DNA of 64,000 bases. Origin: Chthonomonadales bacterium (lineage in GTDB: Bacteria > Armatimonadota > Chthonomonadetes > Chthonomonadales > CAJBBX01). The notes beneath the pieces are model-generated. The model ran no database searches, was not told the origin of the DNA, and was given only the letters and a program-made list of their open reading frames with translations. The DNA lies in contig JBBIPC010000007.1 in NCBI GenBank assembly GCA_037443035.1, forward strand, positions 32,001 through 96,000, written 5' to 3'. A program made the translations under genes and the position numbers. Below are positions 36,960 to 47,151 of this stretch, in pieces. Position 1 is the first letter of the stretch; every line of letters starts with the position of its first letter.

Positions 36960-37979
36960 ATGTGGTCGCTGACACCCGAACTTGGCATAGACCTCGGAAC
37001 CGCTAACATCCTCGTGTATCAGAGAGGCAAGGGCATCATCGTCCGAGAACCCTCCGTCGTCGCTGTCTCCCTCACCACGAAGAAGGTACTCGCGGTCGGA
37101 GAAGAAGCTTGCCTGATGATCGGGCGTACTCCCGGGAACATCGTGGCCATACGCCCTATGTCCGACGGCGTTATCGCTGATTACACCACAACTCTCAAGA
37201 TGCTCGAGCATCTGATCCGGCGAGCCGTGGGTCGCAAGCGGATCCTCAAGCCTCGCGTACTCGTATGCGTTCCGTCAGGAGTGACCGGCGTCGAGAAGCG
37301 GGCCGTGCTTCAGGCCGCACGGGAGGCCGGAGCGGGGGAGGCCTATACGATCGAAGAGCCCATGGCCGCCGCTATCGGAGCCGGTTTGCCTATCTCCACG
37401 CCTGGCGGCAACATGGTCGTGGACATCGGGGGAGGCACCACCGACATTGCCGTCATCTCCCTCGAGGGTATCGTCATCTCGCGCAGCCTTCGCGTGGGCG
37501 GGGCGAAGATGGACGATGTCATCGTGCGTCACCTCCGCACAGCGCACAACCTGATGATCGGCGAACGGACGGCTGAGGAGATCAAGATCAAGATTGGCTC
37601 GGCCTATCCCTTGAAGGAAGAGATGACAACAGAGGTCCGTGGGCGGAACATCGTCGCAGGACTGCCACGTACAGTCACTGTTACTTCGGAAGAGATCCGG
37701 CAGGCGCTCAGCGAACCCGTCATGCAGATCGTCGAGAAGGTCCGCGCCGTTCTGGAGGAGACGCCACCCGAGCTGTCGGCAGATATCATCGAGCGCGGCA
37801 TCTGGCTCACGGGTGGCGGTGCCTTGCTTCGTGGTATGGACGACCTCCTTTCGGCAGCTACGGACATACCTGTCTACGTTGCCGACGATCCGCTCTCATG
37901 CGTGGCTCTGGGCACTGGCCGCGCGCTAGAAGAGCTTCCCGCCATCCGCCGCAGCGGTCACCGCGGCATTCTCAGTTAG
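36960..37979 (+). CDS. mreB: Rod shape-determining protein MreB/Mbl
   Basis: [41 protein letters not shown]. Confidence 0.96.
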   Translation: MWSLTPELGIDLGTANILVYQRGKGIIVREPSVVAVSLTTKKVLAVGEEACLMIGRTPGNIVAIRPMSDGVIADYTTTLKMLEHLIRRAVGRKRILKPRVLVCVPSGVTGVEKRAVLQAAREAGAGEAYTIEEPMAAAIGAGLPISTPGGNMVVDIGGGTTDIAVISLEGIVISRSLRVGGAKMDDVIVRHLRTAHNLMIGERTAEEIKIKIGSAYPLKEEMTTEVRGRNIVAGLPRTVTVTSEEIRQALSEPVMQIVEKVRAVLEETPPELSADIIERGIWLTGGGALLRGMDDLLSAATDIPVYVADDPLSCVALGTGRALEELPAIRRSGHRGILS

Positions 37980-38003
37980 TCGGCTCGGCGAAAGGAGTTG
38001 GAT

Positions 38004-38654
38004 ATGGAGCGATTCGGACGGCCAATCGGGTTTCTGCTGACCTTAGCGTGGGCCTGCACTGCCCAGACGCAGGTACCTCTGCCAAGGGATGTGCCAGCGA
38101 ACCATTGGGCGGCGACGGCTGTGCGTACGGTCCTCGATACCGGCGTCATGTCTGCCCCGAATGGCGTCTTCGCTGGAGAACGGAGGATAACCCGCGCCGA
38201 GCTGGTCGCCGTCCTGGCGCGCTTTGCCAGACTCCTCGAAGCGAGGAAATGGCCATCCGAATCACCGAAAGCACTCCCGGAGAAGCAGTCCAAGACCACA
38301 TGGAAAACCAGGCAAGTTACCCGCTACGAGGTTGCTGCAGTTATCGCTCGGCTCGGTGCCTTCGCCATGGCCGGTCTGCCGTCGCAGCCTTCCAAGACTC
38401 CATATGATAGCGAAGCCATACCGCCGGTGCCCACGTACGACCGCTCCAAGGTCCTGCCCGCTGCCCGTTCGGACCTCCAGTACCTCACCTCGCGGCGACT
38501 TCTCTGGCCGCGCTCCCCACTGCTCGAGGCTGGCCGGCAACCCGTCACCGGTCAGCAGTTGGCCGATGCCGTGGCTCAGGTCATCTCTGGCGTAGCCAGC
38601 CGCATGACCGACGAACCAGAAGAGCGCGAGGATCTCGTGTGGCCCCCGCGATAG
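38004..38654 (+). CDS. S-layer homology (SLH) domain protein
   Basis: Signal peptide; DVPANHWA, ITRAEL, VTRYEVA. AAAGGAG RBS. Confidence 0.82.
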   Translation: MERFGRPIGFLLTLAWACTAQTQVPLPRDVPANHWAATAVRTVLDTGVMSAPNGVFAGERRITRAELVAVLARFARLLEARKWPSESPKALPEKQSKTTWKTRQVTRYEVAAVIARLGAFAMAGLPSQPSKTPYDSEAIPPVPTYDRSKVLPAARSDLQYLTSRRLLWPRSPLLEAGRQPVTGQQLADAVAQVISGVASRMTDEPEEREDLVWPPR

Positions 38655-38661
38655 GACCCTC

Positions 38662-39861
38662 CTACAACTTGCGCATGCGCTCCACGGCGTCCCAGATGGC
38701 CGCGCAGATGTAGCGGTTATCGTCCTCGGACATGCCTGGATGGATGGGAGGACAGAATAGCCTGGCCCCTACCTCCTCCGAAACGGGCAAGTGCACGTTG
38801 CCTGTTAGCCGTCGTAAGTATGGTACGGTGCTATGCACAGGGGGATTGGCGATGATGGTGTTGACGCTGTAATCTTCTCGCAACATGGCGCACAACCGGT
38901 CGCGCCGCTCGCCAGCCCATTCCGGAGGCACTAGAATCGTGTACAAGTAGTAGCTGTGGTAGCAGTCCGGCGGTTCCACCGGGAGAGTCAGTTCTGGCAA
39001 GTCCTGCAGCATGGCAGTCCGATCGGCCGCGACCTTCCGACGCATGGCAACGTGCGTGTCTAGCTTCCTGAGCTGCACCCTCCCCACGGCTGCCTGGACG
39101 CTCGTCATGAGATAGCTGCTTCCCCACGAGTCGTCGCCCCCGAAGAACCGCAACTTCCGGAGCCGGACGGCTAGGTCGGGATCGTCCGTGGTGATGGCGC
39201 CCCCTTCACCCAGCGTGCACATGTTCTTCTGGGTGTGGAAGCTGAAGACGGTCATCCAACCCCGTTTGCCGATCTTCGTGCCTTTGTAGCCGCCACCTGC
39301 AGCCCTGGCCGCATCACCGATGACCTCGAGGGGTCCATGCTTGGGATGAGGATGCTTCTCGGCGATCTCCAGTAGTTCGTCCATGGGCGCCGATAGACCG
39401 TTCATGTGCACCGGGAAGATGGCGCGCGTCCTCGGCGTGATACGACGCACCACGTCATCCGGATCGGTCTGGAGAGTGCGTGGGTTCACCTCGCACGGCA
39501 CCCAGGTTCCTCCCTGGCCCACGATGGCCATGGGTGCAGCCTTGAAATTGATGGACGGGCAGATGACCTCGTCGCCTGGCTCTAGATCCAGAGACATCAT
39601 GGCCATATCCAGCCCCACGCCAGCGCTGTTCACCGTCACAGCGTGCTCTGTACCAACGTAAGCCGCGATCTCTGCCTCGAACGGTGCGCCCTCGGACTCG
39701 CCGGTCCTGAAGCCCCGCTCCGGATGCGAAGCCTGACGGATGGCCCGCACTGCAGCCTCCACCTCTTCTTCCCCGTAGATACTGCCGAGAGCAGGCTCGC
39801 CTGCGTAGTTGATGGAGGGACGGCCTGCCCGAAGCGCTTCCTTACGTTCCGACGCGTTCAT
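38662..39861 (-). CDS. DegT/DnrJ/EryC1/StrS PLP-dependent aminotransferase
   Basis: PGDEVI.P, VH.NG, DAA, FSFHTQKNM..GEGG. Confidence 0.92.
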   Translation of the reverse strand: MNASERKEALRAGRPSINYAGEPALGSIYGEEEVEAAVRAIRQASHPERGFRTGESEGAPFEAEIAAYVGTEHAVTVNSAGVGLDMAMMSLDLEPGDEVICPSINFKAAPMAIVGQGGTWVPCEVNPRTLQTDPDDVVRRITPRTRAIFPVHMNGLSAPMDELLEIAEKHPHPKHGPLEVIGDAARAAGGGYKGTKIGKRGWMTVFSFHTQKNMCTLGEGGAITTDDPDLAVRLRKLRFFGGDDSWGSSYLMTSVQAAVGRVQLRKLDTHVAMRRKVAADRTAMLQDLPELTLPVEPPDCYHSYYLYTILVPPEWAGERRDRLCAMLREDYSVNTIIANPPVHSTVPYLRRLTGNVHLPVSEEVGARLFCPPIHPGMSEDDNRYICAAIWDAVERMRKL

Positions 39862-40043
39862 GATTCCACCTCCGCCAACTCTCCTTCGGCGCCTGGAGGG
39901 CCGAAACCTGCACGTCTAAGTGTCGGTCGTCGCACGAGACCATGCGGTGGAAACCATGATGCCCATATTGTAAGTATATATGAGTGATAGTGACTAAGGT
40001 GCCGTCGCATGACGGACCATGACCCTGAGCAAAGGAGGAGACT

Positions 40044-40550
40044 ATGCTGAAGCGGAACGTTCCTGGCACAGCGGTGGTGCGTCGTGGGGAGACCAGCCCA
40101 ACGGTCCTCAGCCCTTGGAGCCTCTTCGACGAGATGCAGCGGCGCATGGACGAGATCTTCGCCCGGCCGTTCGGTAGCCTCCTGACCGATCGGTGGATCT
40201 ACGACCGCATGGAGCCGGCGGTGGACGTGTACGAAACCGACGAGAGCGTGGTGGCCTTCGCTGCATTGCCGGGGTATTCGCCTGATTCCATTCGCGTGGA
40301 AGCCACGACAGATACACTCTCCATCCAGGGCGAGCGCGGCGAGCTGTTCAGCACCGACAAGGCTACGGCTCATCGGGTCACTGGCCTGACAGGCGCGAGC
40401 CAGTTCAGCGTCAGCTACACGCTCCCCGTCGAGATCCAGCCGGACAAGGTAAAGGCGTCATTCAATCACGGCATCCTGCGGGTCGAGATGCCCAAGGCCG
40501 AGCATGCGAAGCCCAAGGGCGTGAAGGTAACCGTCGAGAAGGGCTCCTAA
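40044..40550 (+). CDS. Hsp20/alpha-crystallin small heat shock protein
   Basis: PAVDVYET, ALPG, LSIQGER, ASFNHGILRVEMPK; AGGAGG RBS. Confidence 0.93.
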   Translation: MLKRNVPGTAVVRRGETSPTVLSPWSLFDEMQRRMDEIFARPFGSLLTDRWIYDRMEPAVDVYETDESVVAFAALPGYSPDSIRVEATTDTLSIQGERGELFSTDKATAHRVTGLTGASQFSVSYTLPVEIQPDKVKASFNHGILRVEMPKAEHAKPKGVKVTVEKGS

Positions 40551-40576
40551 GACAGACTCACGACGCGAATCTCCAC

Positions 40577-40610
40577 GGAGCGCCCCCCAAGCGGGGCGCT
40601 CCCGTTGCTT
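40577..40610 (+). terminator. Intrinsic terminator-like hairpin
   Basis: GGAGCGCCCC-ccaagc-GGGGCGCTCC followed by a T-rich tail. Confidence 0.65.
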
Positions 40611-40643
40611 TGCTGCCTCGGGCACCTCTGTCGCGCGCGCATC

Positions 40644-42989
40644 TCAGTAGCTCACCCATCGAAGATCGCTGATGCGAAACCGCACACGCCCACCAGAGCT
40701 GTTGCATCCGACCTTCACGGTCACGACCTCCTGGATATCGAGCTTGCCGTTCGGATCCGGCTGAGACCATCCTTGGCCGTGGACCGCACCGGATAGGAGA
40801 GCCACTGTCGGAACGCCTTCTCCGGTTCTCGGCTGTGACACGAAGTCCGCAACATAGCTGCTACCGTTCCGCTCGTCGAAAATGGCGCGGAATATGCCGT
40901 TACCTTCCAACAGCGTGATGGTGCAGGCCAGCCCCGCAGCCCGACGCGGAATAGCCTTGGCGCCTGATACACGGACCCGCGGATAGAACCAGGGATCGCC
41001 TGTTGGCGTCGCCTCGAAAACAATGCCGCCATTCTCCCGAACCGCTGTGGGTTGTCGACCGCCCGATACCAGAAGCTCCCATGAGGCAGGATCTTCGGCT
41101 CCCGCCAGAGGGGTCCCGCGCTTGACCGCAAGAGCACTCGAGTCCGGAGCGACCCGAACGGACGCCACCGGCCTTCCTGCCGTGCCAAAATCACCTCGGA
41201 ACTGAATGCTTTCGACGGTTCGTCCGCCTGCGCCGAGGGGGATCAGTCGGAAGGTCAGTTCCAGCCGCTCCATGGGTTCCAGGCGAACTCTGTCCTGCAT
41301 CTCCACCTTCCATCCTCGCGGAGGCCGCACCTGGATCCGGCCTTCCGCCGGCTGCGCACCGAAGTTGTACACCGCCAGCTTCCCCTCCGTGGGCTGCGAA
41401 CCGGAGACGCGGTAGGCTGACGCCCACAGAAGCGTCTGCTGCTCGGTGAAGAGCGGCTGGAACACGATGGATGACGGCTTCCCTACGGCGCGTCGAGGTC
41501 TCGGTGGTGGTGCATCGAGGTGAAGAAGCTGACCCGCTTCGCTCGGCAGCACTACGAACACCGGCGCAGTCGTAAGGCTGAGGCGTGACGCCACGTTCAG
41601 CGACCTGCCGAGATGGTCGGCCACGGCGAGGGGTGCGACCGGGACTTCCAGCGTGGCCGTGCCACTCTTGGCCCACGCCACGACGACAACCCGTTCCTTT
41701 CCGTCGGGCCTGGCCCGAAAGGCATAGGCGTAGGCGTTGTCATCGGTCCGCAGACGGCCAAGAGCTTGCGCATCAGCCAAGAACCGCCCCACTGCTGCAA
41801 GCGCCACGTACGCCGGTCTCGGCGTCAGGTCCCGGCGGATGATTCCGAACTGGGTCTGCCCCTCAACGTAATGTCCGAGTATGAAGTAGAACGTCGCTGC
41901 AGCACCTTCGTGGAGCGAGCCAGCGAACACTTTGGCTATGCGACGAGACTGTTCTCGCAGATCTTCATCCGACAGCTCCTGGAGCTTCGGATCGCCGGAC
42001 CATCGCACGGGCATCGCACATTCGGTGACCCACAGAGGACGTCCCGCTGAGATGGACCGGTGGTCCGCATACACCTGCGGATAGCCTTCGAACGCCACGT
42101 AATGGTGCAGGTTGTACGTGTCGAAGTAGGGCCATGCTTCATTGTCGCGCAGATCATCGAGCTGCGCGCGAGCGTGCCCTGCGAACACGTTCAGGCATGC
42201 CGTGACGCCGGGATTGCCGGCCTTCAGACCGAGATAGGAGGCCTTCTGCATGGCGGCCATCTCGGCACCTGTGTGCCCGCCGAAGACCTGAATATCCGCT
42301 TCGTTCCACGGCTCGAATGCCCCTACCTGGCCCCTCCAGCGCCGCGCCATCTCCCGATAGAATCGGTAGGCATCCCGCAGATCGGGAGGGAAGCGCCGTC
42401 CGTCCTGTCCTGCCCACGCCGGTGTCGAGTGGTTCACTTGCAGTACTCGCAGGTGGGCACCGGCCTGGGCTGCCGCGGAAGCATCGTACTTGTTCCGATC
42501 CGCGAACTTGCCTCGTTCCGGCTCCATCTGGCCCCACGCCAGCCTGTCCCGCACATGGTTCACCCCAGCCAGCGCCGCCAGCGAAGCCACGCTCGCCATC
42601 ATCTCCTCCGGATAGAACCAGGCCATGGCCACGTCCACCCCGATGGGAGACGTCCAGGGCGTTGGCGCCGCCAAGCGCTGCAGAACCGCCAACGAGATCC
42701 ACTCCTCCGAGCCTTCCCTGCGCAAGCGGTACCATCCCACTGGCAGTTGCCCCAGGTCTGCGGATGCTGTTCCAGGGGGTATGTTGGCGATCGTTCGATC
42801 GTCGTAGTCCACCGCACGCCAGGCGCTTCGGGAGTCCGGCAGGCCAACGATCACCCTTTCCCCCGCGAGAAACACGTTACCCGGGTGCCCAGGAAGAGGC
42901 TCAGGAATAGGACGAGGCGCTTCTGCGAGCGCCCCCATACTCGTCATGGCCAATGCTGCAACTGCCAGAGCAGGAAGTAACTCATGCAT
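40644..42989 (-). CDS. Secreted clan GH-A-like glycoside hydrolase with C-terminal beta-sandwich domains
   Basis: Signal peptide; WNE acid/base motif (EPWNEAD), NLHHY, PLWVTE nucleophile motif. Confidence 0.75.
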   Translation of the reverse strand: MHELLPALAVAALAMTSMGALAEAPRPIPEPLPGHPGNVFLAGERVIVGLPDSRSAWRAVDYDDRTIANIPPGTASADLGQLPVGWYRLRREGSEEWISLAVLQRLAAPTPWTSPIGVDVAMAWFYPEEMMASVASLAALAGVNHVRDRLAWGQMEPERGKFADRNKYDASAAAQAGAHLRVLQVNHSTPAWAGQDGRRFPPDLRDAYRFYREMARRWRGQVGAFEPWNEADIQVFGGHTGAEMAAMQKASYLGLKAGNPGVTACLNVFAGHARAQLDDLRDNEAWPYFDTYNLHHYVAFEGYPQVYADHRSISAGRPLWVTECAMPVRWSGDPKLQELSDEDLREQSRRIAKVFAGSLHEGAAATFYFILGHYVEGQTQFGIIRRDLTPRPAYVALAAVGRFLADAQALGRLRTDDNAYAYAFRARPDGKERVVVVAWAKSGTATLEVPVAPLAVADHLGRSLNVASRLSLTTAPVFVVLPSEAGQLLHLDAPPPRPRRAVGKPSSIVFQPLFTEQQTLLWASAYRVSGSQPTEGKLAVYNFGAQPAEGRIQVRPPRGWKVEMQDRVRLEPMERLELTFRLIPLGAGGRTVESIQFRGDFGTAGRPVASVRVAPDSSALAVKRGTPLAGAEDPASWELLVSGGRQPTAVRENGGIVFEATPTGDPWFYPRVRVSGAKAIPRRAAGLACTITLLEGNGIFRAIFDERNGSSYVADFVSQPRTGEGVPTVALLSGAVHGQGWSQPDPNGKLDIQEVVTVKVGCNSSGGRVRFRISDLRWVSY

Positions 42990-43131
42990 AGCTCACCTCA
43001 GCGCTCGATCATGATGTCCTGACATCCTTCCATGCACGTTCAGCCAGCTCCTGCTCCTGGGGGTATGGCGGATCCGTGCGACAGGAATCTCCATGTGCGG
43101 TACGGAAAAGCTGGTGAACCGTACCTCGCTC

Positions 43132-45099
43132 ATGGAGATTGCCATGGCACTGCTTCTCGTCCCACTCGCGCTTGCAGCTGCGACTGCCACCGACCGACCT
43201 GCGCCACGCATCACCATGTACGTCTCGAAGCTCGGCGACAACACGACCGGTCGTACTTGGGCTACGGCGTTCCGAACCATCCAAGCCGCCCTGGATGCGG
43301 TGCCTTCCGGCGGAGGATGCCGCATCGTCGTCCGGCCCGACACCTACATGGAGGCGAACTTGGCGCCAGCCCACCCTGGCATTGAAGGCGCCTACAACGA
43401 AATCATCGGCGATACGGAAGGTACGTTCGGTGGCGGCCGGGCTGGCCACGTCGTCATCGACTCCAGCGACCCGGCCAGGGGCTTCAAGAGCTATGACTGG
43501 TGGGGCACCATCCGAGCCACGACCAAAGGTTGGTCCCCTGAACACACGGAGGAGACCTTCTCCGCCATCGGCTGGGACCGGTGGATCCTCCGCAATCTCT
43601 ACGCAACCGGCGGAGACGGTGGCCTCATGTTCGATTGCACCAACCGCGTGGAACCGTTCAGTGTCGTCGTCGAAGATTGCACGAGCATCGGTCGCGCTTT
43701 CGGAGGTGGTGTGGCGAGCTGTCTCTCGCGGCCGACCGAGCCCATCGTCTTTCGGCGATGCAAGCTGTGGGCAATGGACTGGTGGGGCGATACTGCTGCA
43801 GCCTACGTGCGCGTGGAAAACCCCGCCATGCCTTCCTCACCGGATGTTGTGTTCGAAGACTGCACCATGGTGAGTCCGCAATGCGCCCTCAAGGCCGGCA
43901 ACTACGGCTTCCACACGTACTCGCGCGTAAGCGTGCGCCGGTGCAAGCTCATCGCTCTCAACTTCTCCCAACCGGCTGGTACGCCGACCGACGGCATCAT
44001 CCAGAGCGTCCAGCATGGCAGGTATCTGCATGTCGAGCTGGAGGACAGCACGCTCATGGGCTACAAGGTTTTCGGCTCGGCAGTGGCCAAGGACTCCTCA
44101 GGCGACATCGGCTACACGGTGCGGGGGTCTGTCCGCGCCTATGTCCAGTTCCAGCAGGACGTGCCGGCAGGTATGCACCGGCTCGGTCACTGGCCAACGG
44201 AGATCTTCACCGATCTGACACCCCCATCCAAGCGAAGCTTCCCTGAGGCATCCTCCCGGGTTCCTCGTCCCTTGCGGGTCTCTCTGGTCCGCAAGGACAT
44301 GTGTGAGGTTTCGCCTTTCATCTGGAAAGGCAAGCTCTGCCTACTGGAGTGTCACCGCCCAGCGGCAGGGGGAAAGAGGGAGAACTACTACCTAGTGATA
44401 CGAGACGTGGACAGCGGCACGGAACTAGCCCGCTTCGGCGAGGGGTACAGCCTGGCTTCGGCCTTCGTGTGGCGAGGCAAGCTGCGGGTGTTCGCATCTC
44501 GGCTCGAGAACGACACCTGGAACGACGTGACCATGTTCACCACAGGCGACCTGCGCACCTGGACCCATCGAGTCGTCATACGCCAAGATCCCTCGGAGCA
44601 TCTCTTCAACAGCTCCGTGTGCCGTGGCGTAGACGGGTTTGTCATGGCCTACGAAAGCAACAACCCGCGATGGCCGCCATTCACCGTGCGGTTCGCACGC
44701 TCCCGGGACCTCGAAACATGGGAGACGATACCCGACGCTTTGCTCGGCACCGACCGATACGCCGCGTGCCCCTGCATCCGCCATGCAGACGGCTGGTACT
44801 ACGTTCTCTACCTGGAACATCGGACGCCACGCTGGTACTTCGAAACCTATATCGCCCGTTCCAGAGACCTCGTACACTGGGAGTCGAGTGCCGGTAACCC
44901 CGTACTGGAACCGCTGGAACTGGAGGACGGCATCAACGCCTCGGACCCGGACATCGTTGAGTTCCGCGGTCAGACGCTGTTGTATTACGCCATAGGAGAC
45001 CAACTTACGTGGATAAATATCGAACGGGCGGACTATCGCATGCCGCTAAGACGATGGCTCGCAAGCTGGTTCCGGCAAGGTGGCATCGCCACCAAGTAG
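43132..45099 (+). CDS. Secreted two-domain protein: beta-helix (pectin-lyase-like) plus beta-propeller glycosidase-like domain
   Basis: YVSKLGD..G.TW..AFRTIQAALD; C-terminal YAACP, YIARSRDLVHW..NPVL, NASDPD. Start uncertain (43093 to 43144). Confidence 0.65.
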   Translation: MEIAMALLLVPLALAAATATDRPAPRITMYVSKLGDNTTGRTWATAFRTIQAALDAVPSGGGCRIVVRPDTYMEANLAPAHPGIEGAYNEIIGDTEGTFGGGRAGHVVIDSSDPARGFKSYDWWGTIRATTKGWSPEHTEETFSAIGWDRWILRNLYATGGDGGLMFDCTNRVEPFSVVVEDCTSIGRAFGGGVASCLSRPTEPIVFRRCKLWAMDWWGDTAAAYVRVENPAMPSSPDVVFEDCTMVSPQCALKAGNYGFHTYSRVSVRRCKLIALNFSQPAGTPTDGIIQSVQHGRYLHVELEDSTLMGYKVFGSAVAKDSSGDIGYTVRGSVRAYVQFQQDVPAGMHRLGHWPTEIFTDLTPPSKRSFPEASSRVPRPLRVSLVRKDMCEVSPFIWKGKLCLLECHRPAAGGKRENYYLVIRDVDSGTELARFGEGYSLASAFVWRGKLRVFASRLENDTWNDVTMFTTGDLRTWTHRVVIRQDPSEHLFNSSVCRGVDGFVMAYESNNPRWPPFTVRFARSRDLETWETIPDALLGTDRYAACPCIRHADGWYYVLYLEHRTPRWYFETYIARSRDLVHWESSAGNPVLEPLELEDGINASDPDIVEFRGQTLLYYAIGDQLTWINIERADYRMPLRRWLASWFRQGGIATK

Positions 45100-45150
45100 G
45101 TCCGTCGGCCTTCTCCGGCGACAGATTCACGCTCCGGCCGCCTCTGGTGG

Positions 45151-45693
45151 TCAGAGTGTCTGCATCTTGCGATAGACGACCAGGGGCGGTTCTCCCTCCA
45201 GGTCCTCCGGATGGTAGCGCGGGAAGGGATACTCGAGTTGGCGCACTTCGACGGGAGACACCTTGGGGTCAACTAGTCCAAGGGCCACAGCGACGCCGTA
45301 GATGATGGCCTCCGGGCGCGGTGGACATCCCGGTATGTAGAAGTCCACCGGCACCACCTTCTCCACGGGTCCCAGCACGTTGTAGGTGTCGAACCAGACC
45401 CCGCCTCCGCATGCACATGAACCGATGGCGAAGACGAGCTTGGGCGCGGGCATGGCCTCGTACGCTCGGCGTAAGGCCTTGCTCGTGGATCTCATGGCCG
45501 GTCCTTGGCAGAGCATGACATCCGCATGGCGCGGCGATGCCACGAGCCGTATCCCGAAGCGCTCCGCATCGTAGTAGGGCGTCAAGACGTCGAGGACCTC
45601 GATATCGCAGCCGTTGCAACCGCCGCTGTTCGCATGGTAGACCCAGAGGGACCGCCCGAACAGTTTCTTGCAGAGCCCCGCCAGTACGCTCAT
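45151..45693 (-). CDS. Group 4 [NiFe]-hydrogenase small subunit (HycG/NuoB-like)
   Basis: GGCNGCDIE, SPRHAD, GSCACGGG, PGCPPRP. Confidence 0.93.
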   Translation of the reverse strand: MSVLAGLCKKLFGRSLWVYHANSGGCNGCDIEVLDVLTPYYDAERFGIRLVASPRHADVMLCQGPAMRSTSKALRRAYEAMPAPKLVFAIGSCACGGGVWFDTYNVLGPVEKVVPVDFYIPGCPPRPEAIIYGVAVALGLVDPKVSPVEVRQLEYPFPRYHPEDLEGEPPLVVYRKMQTL

Positions 45694-45701
45694 CCTTGCC
45701 C

Positions 45702-46226
45702 TCAGTCCAACTCGATGGGTATATCCTCGACCGGTGGAAAGCCCGGTAGGAACGTCTCGGCCCGGAAGATCCACCGCTCGCTGGCTACGTCGTCGAAGCG
45801 ATACCCCTTCAGCTTCAGCGCCTCCAACGGTGATGGTTCGGGGAAACAACGGCCACAACGCTGGCATGCACCCATGAACAGCTCCAGCCTTTGCCTCAAG
45901 TCACCGATACGCGGCGTCGCCGTCTCGAAGTCCCGGCTCATGGTGATGGCCTTCTCCGGGCACACTTCGGCGCACCGACCGCAGTAAGTACATCTCCGAC
46001 CCAGGTATTGCAGTATCCGGATCTCCTGGCAAACGTCTACCACGAGAATCTCCCGGGCCGGGCAGTTGTTCGCACAGCCTGCACAACCGATGCAGCGGTT
46101 GGCATCGAAGATGGGGCGTCCCCGGAAACCCTCCGGCGTCGGTCGAGGAACGGCCGGATAGGGAAGCGTCACACGTCCCGCTTGCAGACAGATCACCGCT
46201 TCACGCACTTTGGAAAGTAGCGACAT
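45702..46226 (-). CDS. Hydrogenase 4Fe-4S subunit (HycF/NuoI-like)
   Basis: T..YP..FRG, CIGCAGCANNCP, CTYCGRCAEVCP, CQRCG. Confidence 0.92.
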   Translation of the reverse strand: MSLLSKVREAVICLQAGRVTLPYPAVPRPTPEGFRGRPIFDANRCIGCAGCANNCPAREILVVDVCQEIRILQYLGRRCTYCGRCAEVCPEKAITMSRDFETATPRIGDLRQRLELFMGACQRCGRCFPEPSPLEALKLKGYRFDDVASERWIFRAETFLPGFPPVEDIPIELD

Positions 46227-46236
46227 TACCCGATCC

Positions 46237-47151
46237 TCAGTACCCCGCCACCGCCAGCACGAGCGCTGCCAGCGACGCCGCCAATAGCGCCGAATAGCGC
46301 CCGAGAGCCTGGTCAATCCGGATGCGGGCGTGCACGGTTGCCAGGAGCGCCACACCCAGGACAACAGCCAGCACTTTCAGCCAGTGGATGGGCCACGCGT
46401 ACACTGCAGCCAGGTCCGCCCCCCACGGCGCGAACAGCCCGATGAACAGGCTCGCATACACCACCAGCTTGGCCATGGCAGCGTAACGCAGGAGCGCCAG
46501 CTTCGGACCGGAGTACTCCGCCAGGGGACCTTCCATGATCTCTGTCTCAGCCTCGGTTGTGTCGAACGGCTGCTTCTGAGCGTAAGCCTGCAAGCCCAGC
46601 ACCATGACAATGAGCAACAGAATGCCGGACACCGTCACGCCTCCGCCCCCGTAGACGGACCCGTCCAGGAGTACCTGCAGACGGAGCGTGTGCGACTGGA
46701 CGGCACCTACAAGAACAGCAAACGCGAACAACGGCTCCAGCACAACGACAGCCATCATCTCGCGGCTGACTCCCACCATGGAGTACGGTGATCCCGCCGC
46801 GAGCCCTGCGAAGGCCGTGGTGGCTGCACAGAGCGTCAGAACGTAGAGCAGCAGGATGCCGTCGGCGTAGCGAGCCAGCGGCACTCCGAGACCCATGGGG
46901 GTCAAGCAGGCGGCTGTCAGGACGGACGCCAACGCAAGGATGGCCGAAGCTCGCTGCGCGGCCGGCACTTCGCCGCTCTCGATGTCCTCCTTCCCCAATA
47001 GCTTCAGGAGATCTACGTAGCTCTGCGTTATGGGCGGCCCCTGCCGCGAGTGGATGCGGGCGACCAACTTCCGCATGAGGCCGTCCAGCAGGGGGGCCAA
47101 CGCCATGACGGCCAGCACGTTGGCGAGGCTTCGTACGACCGCGTCTATCAT
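46237..47151 (-). CDS. Hydrogenase membrane subunit (HycD/NuoH-like)
   Basis: RKLVARIHSRQGPP, DLLKLLGKE, PFD..EAETEI.EG...EYSG. Confidence 0.93.
   Translation of the reverse strand: MIDAVVRSLANVLAVMALAPLLDGLMRKLVARIHSRQGPPITQSYVDLLKLLGKEDIESGEVPAAQRASAILALASVLTAACLTPMGLGVPLARYADGILLLYVLTLCAATTAFAGLAAGSPYSMVGVSREMMAVVVLEPLFAFAVLVGAVQSHTLRLQVLLDGSVYGGGGVTVSGILLLIVMVLGLQAYAQKQPFDTTEAETEIMEGPLAEYSGPKLALLRYAAMAKLVVYASLFIGLFAPWGADLAAVYAWPIHWLKVLAVVLGVALLATVHARIRIDQALGRYSALLAASLAALVLAVAGY

Noticed and set aside
39960..40000. CIRCE/HrcA operator upstream of hsp20
   Set aside because: Only a partial half-site (GAGTGATAG) with no matching left arm at 9-nt spacing.
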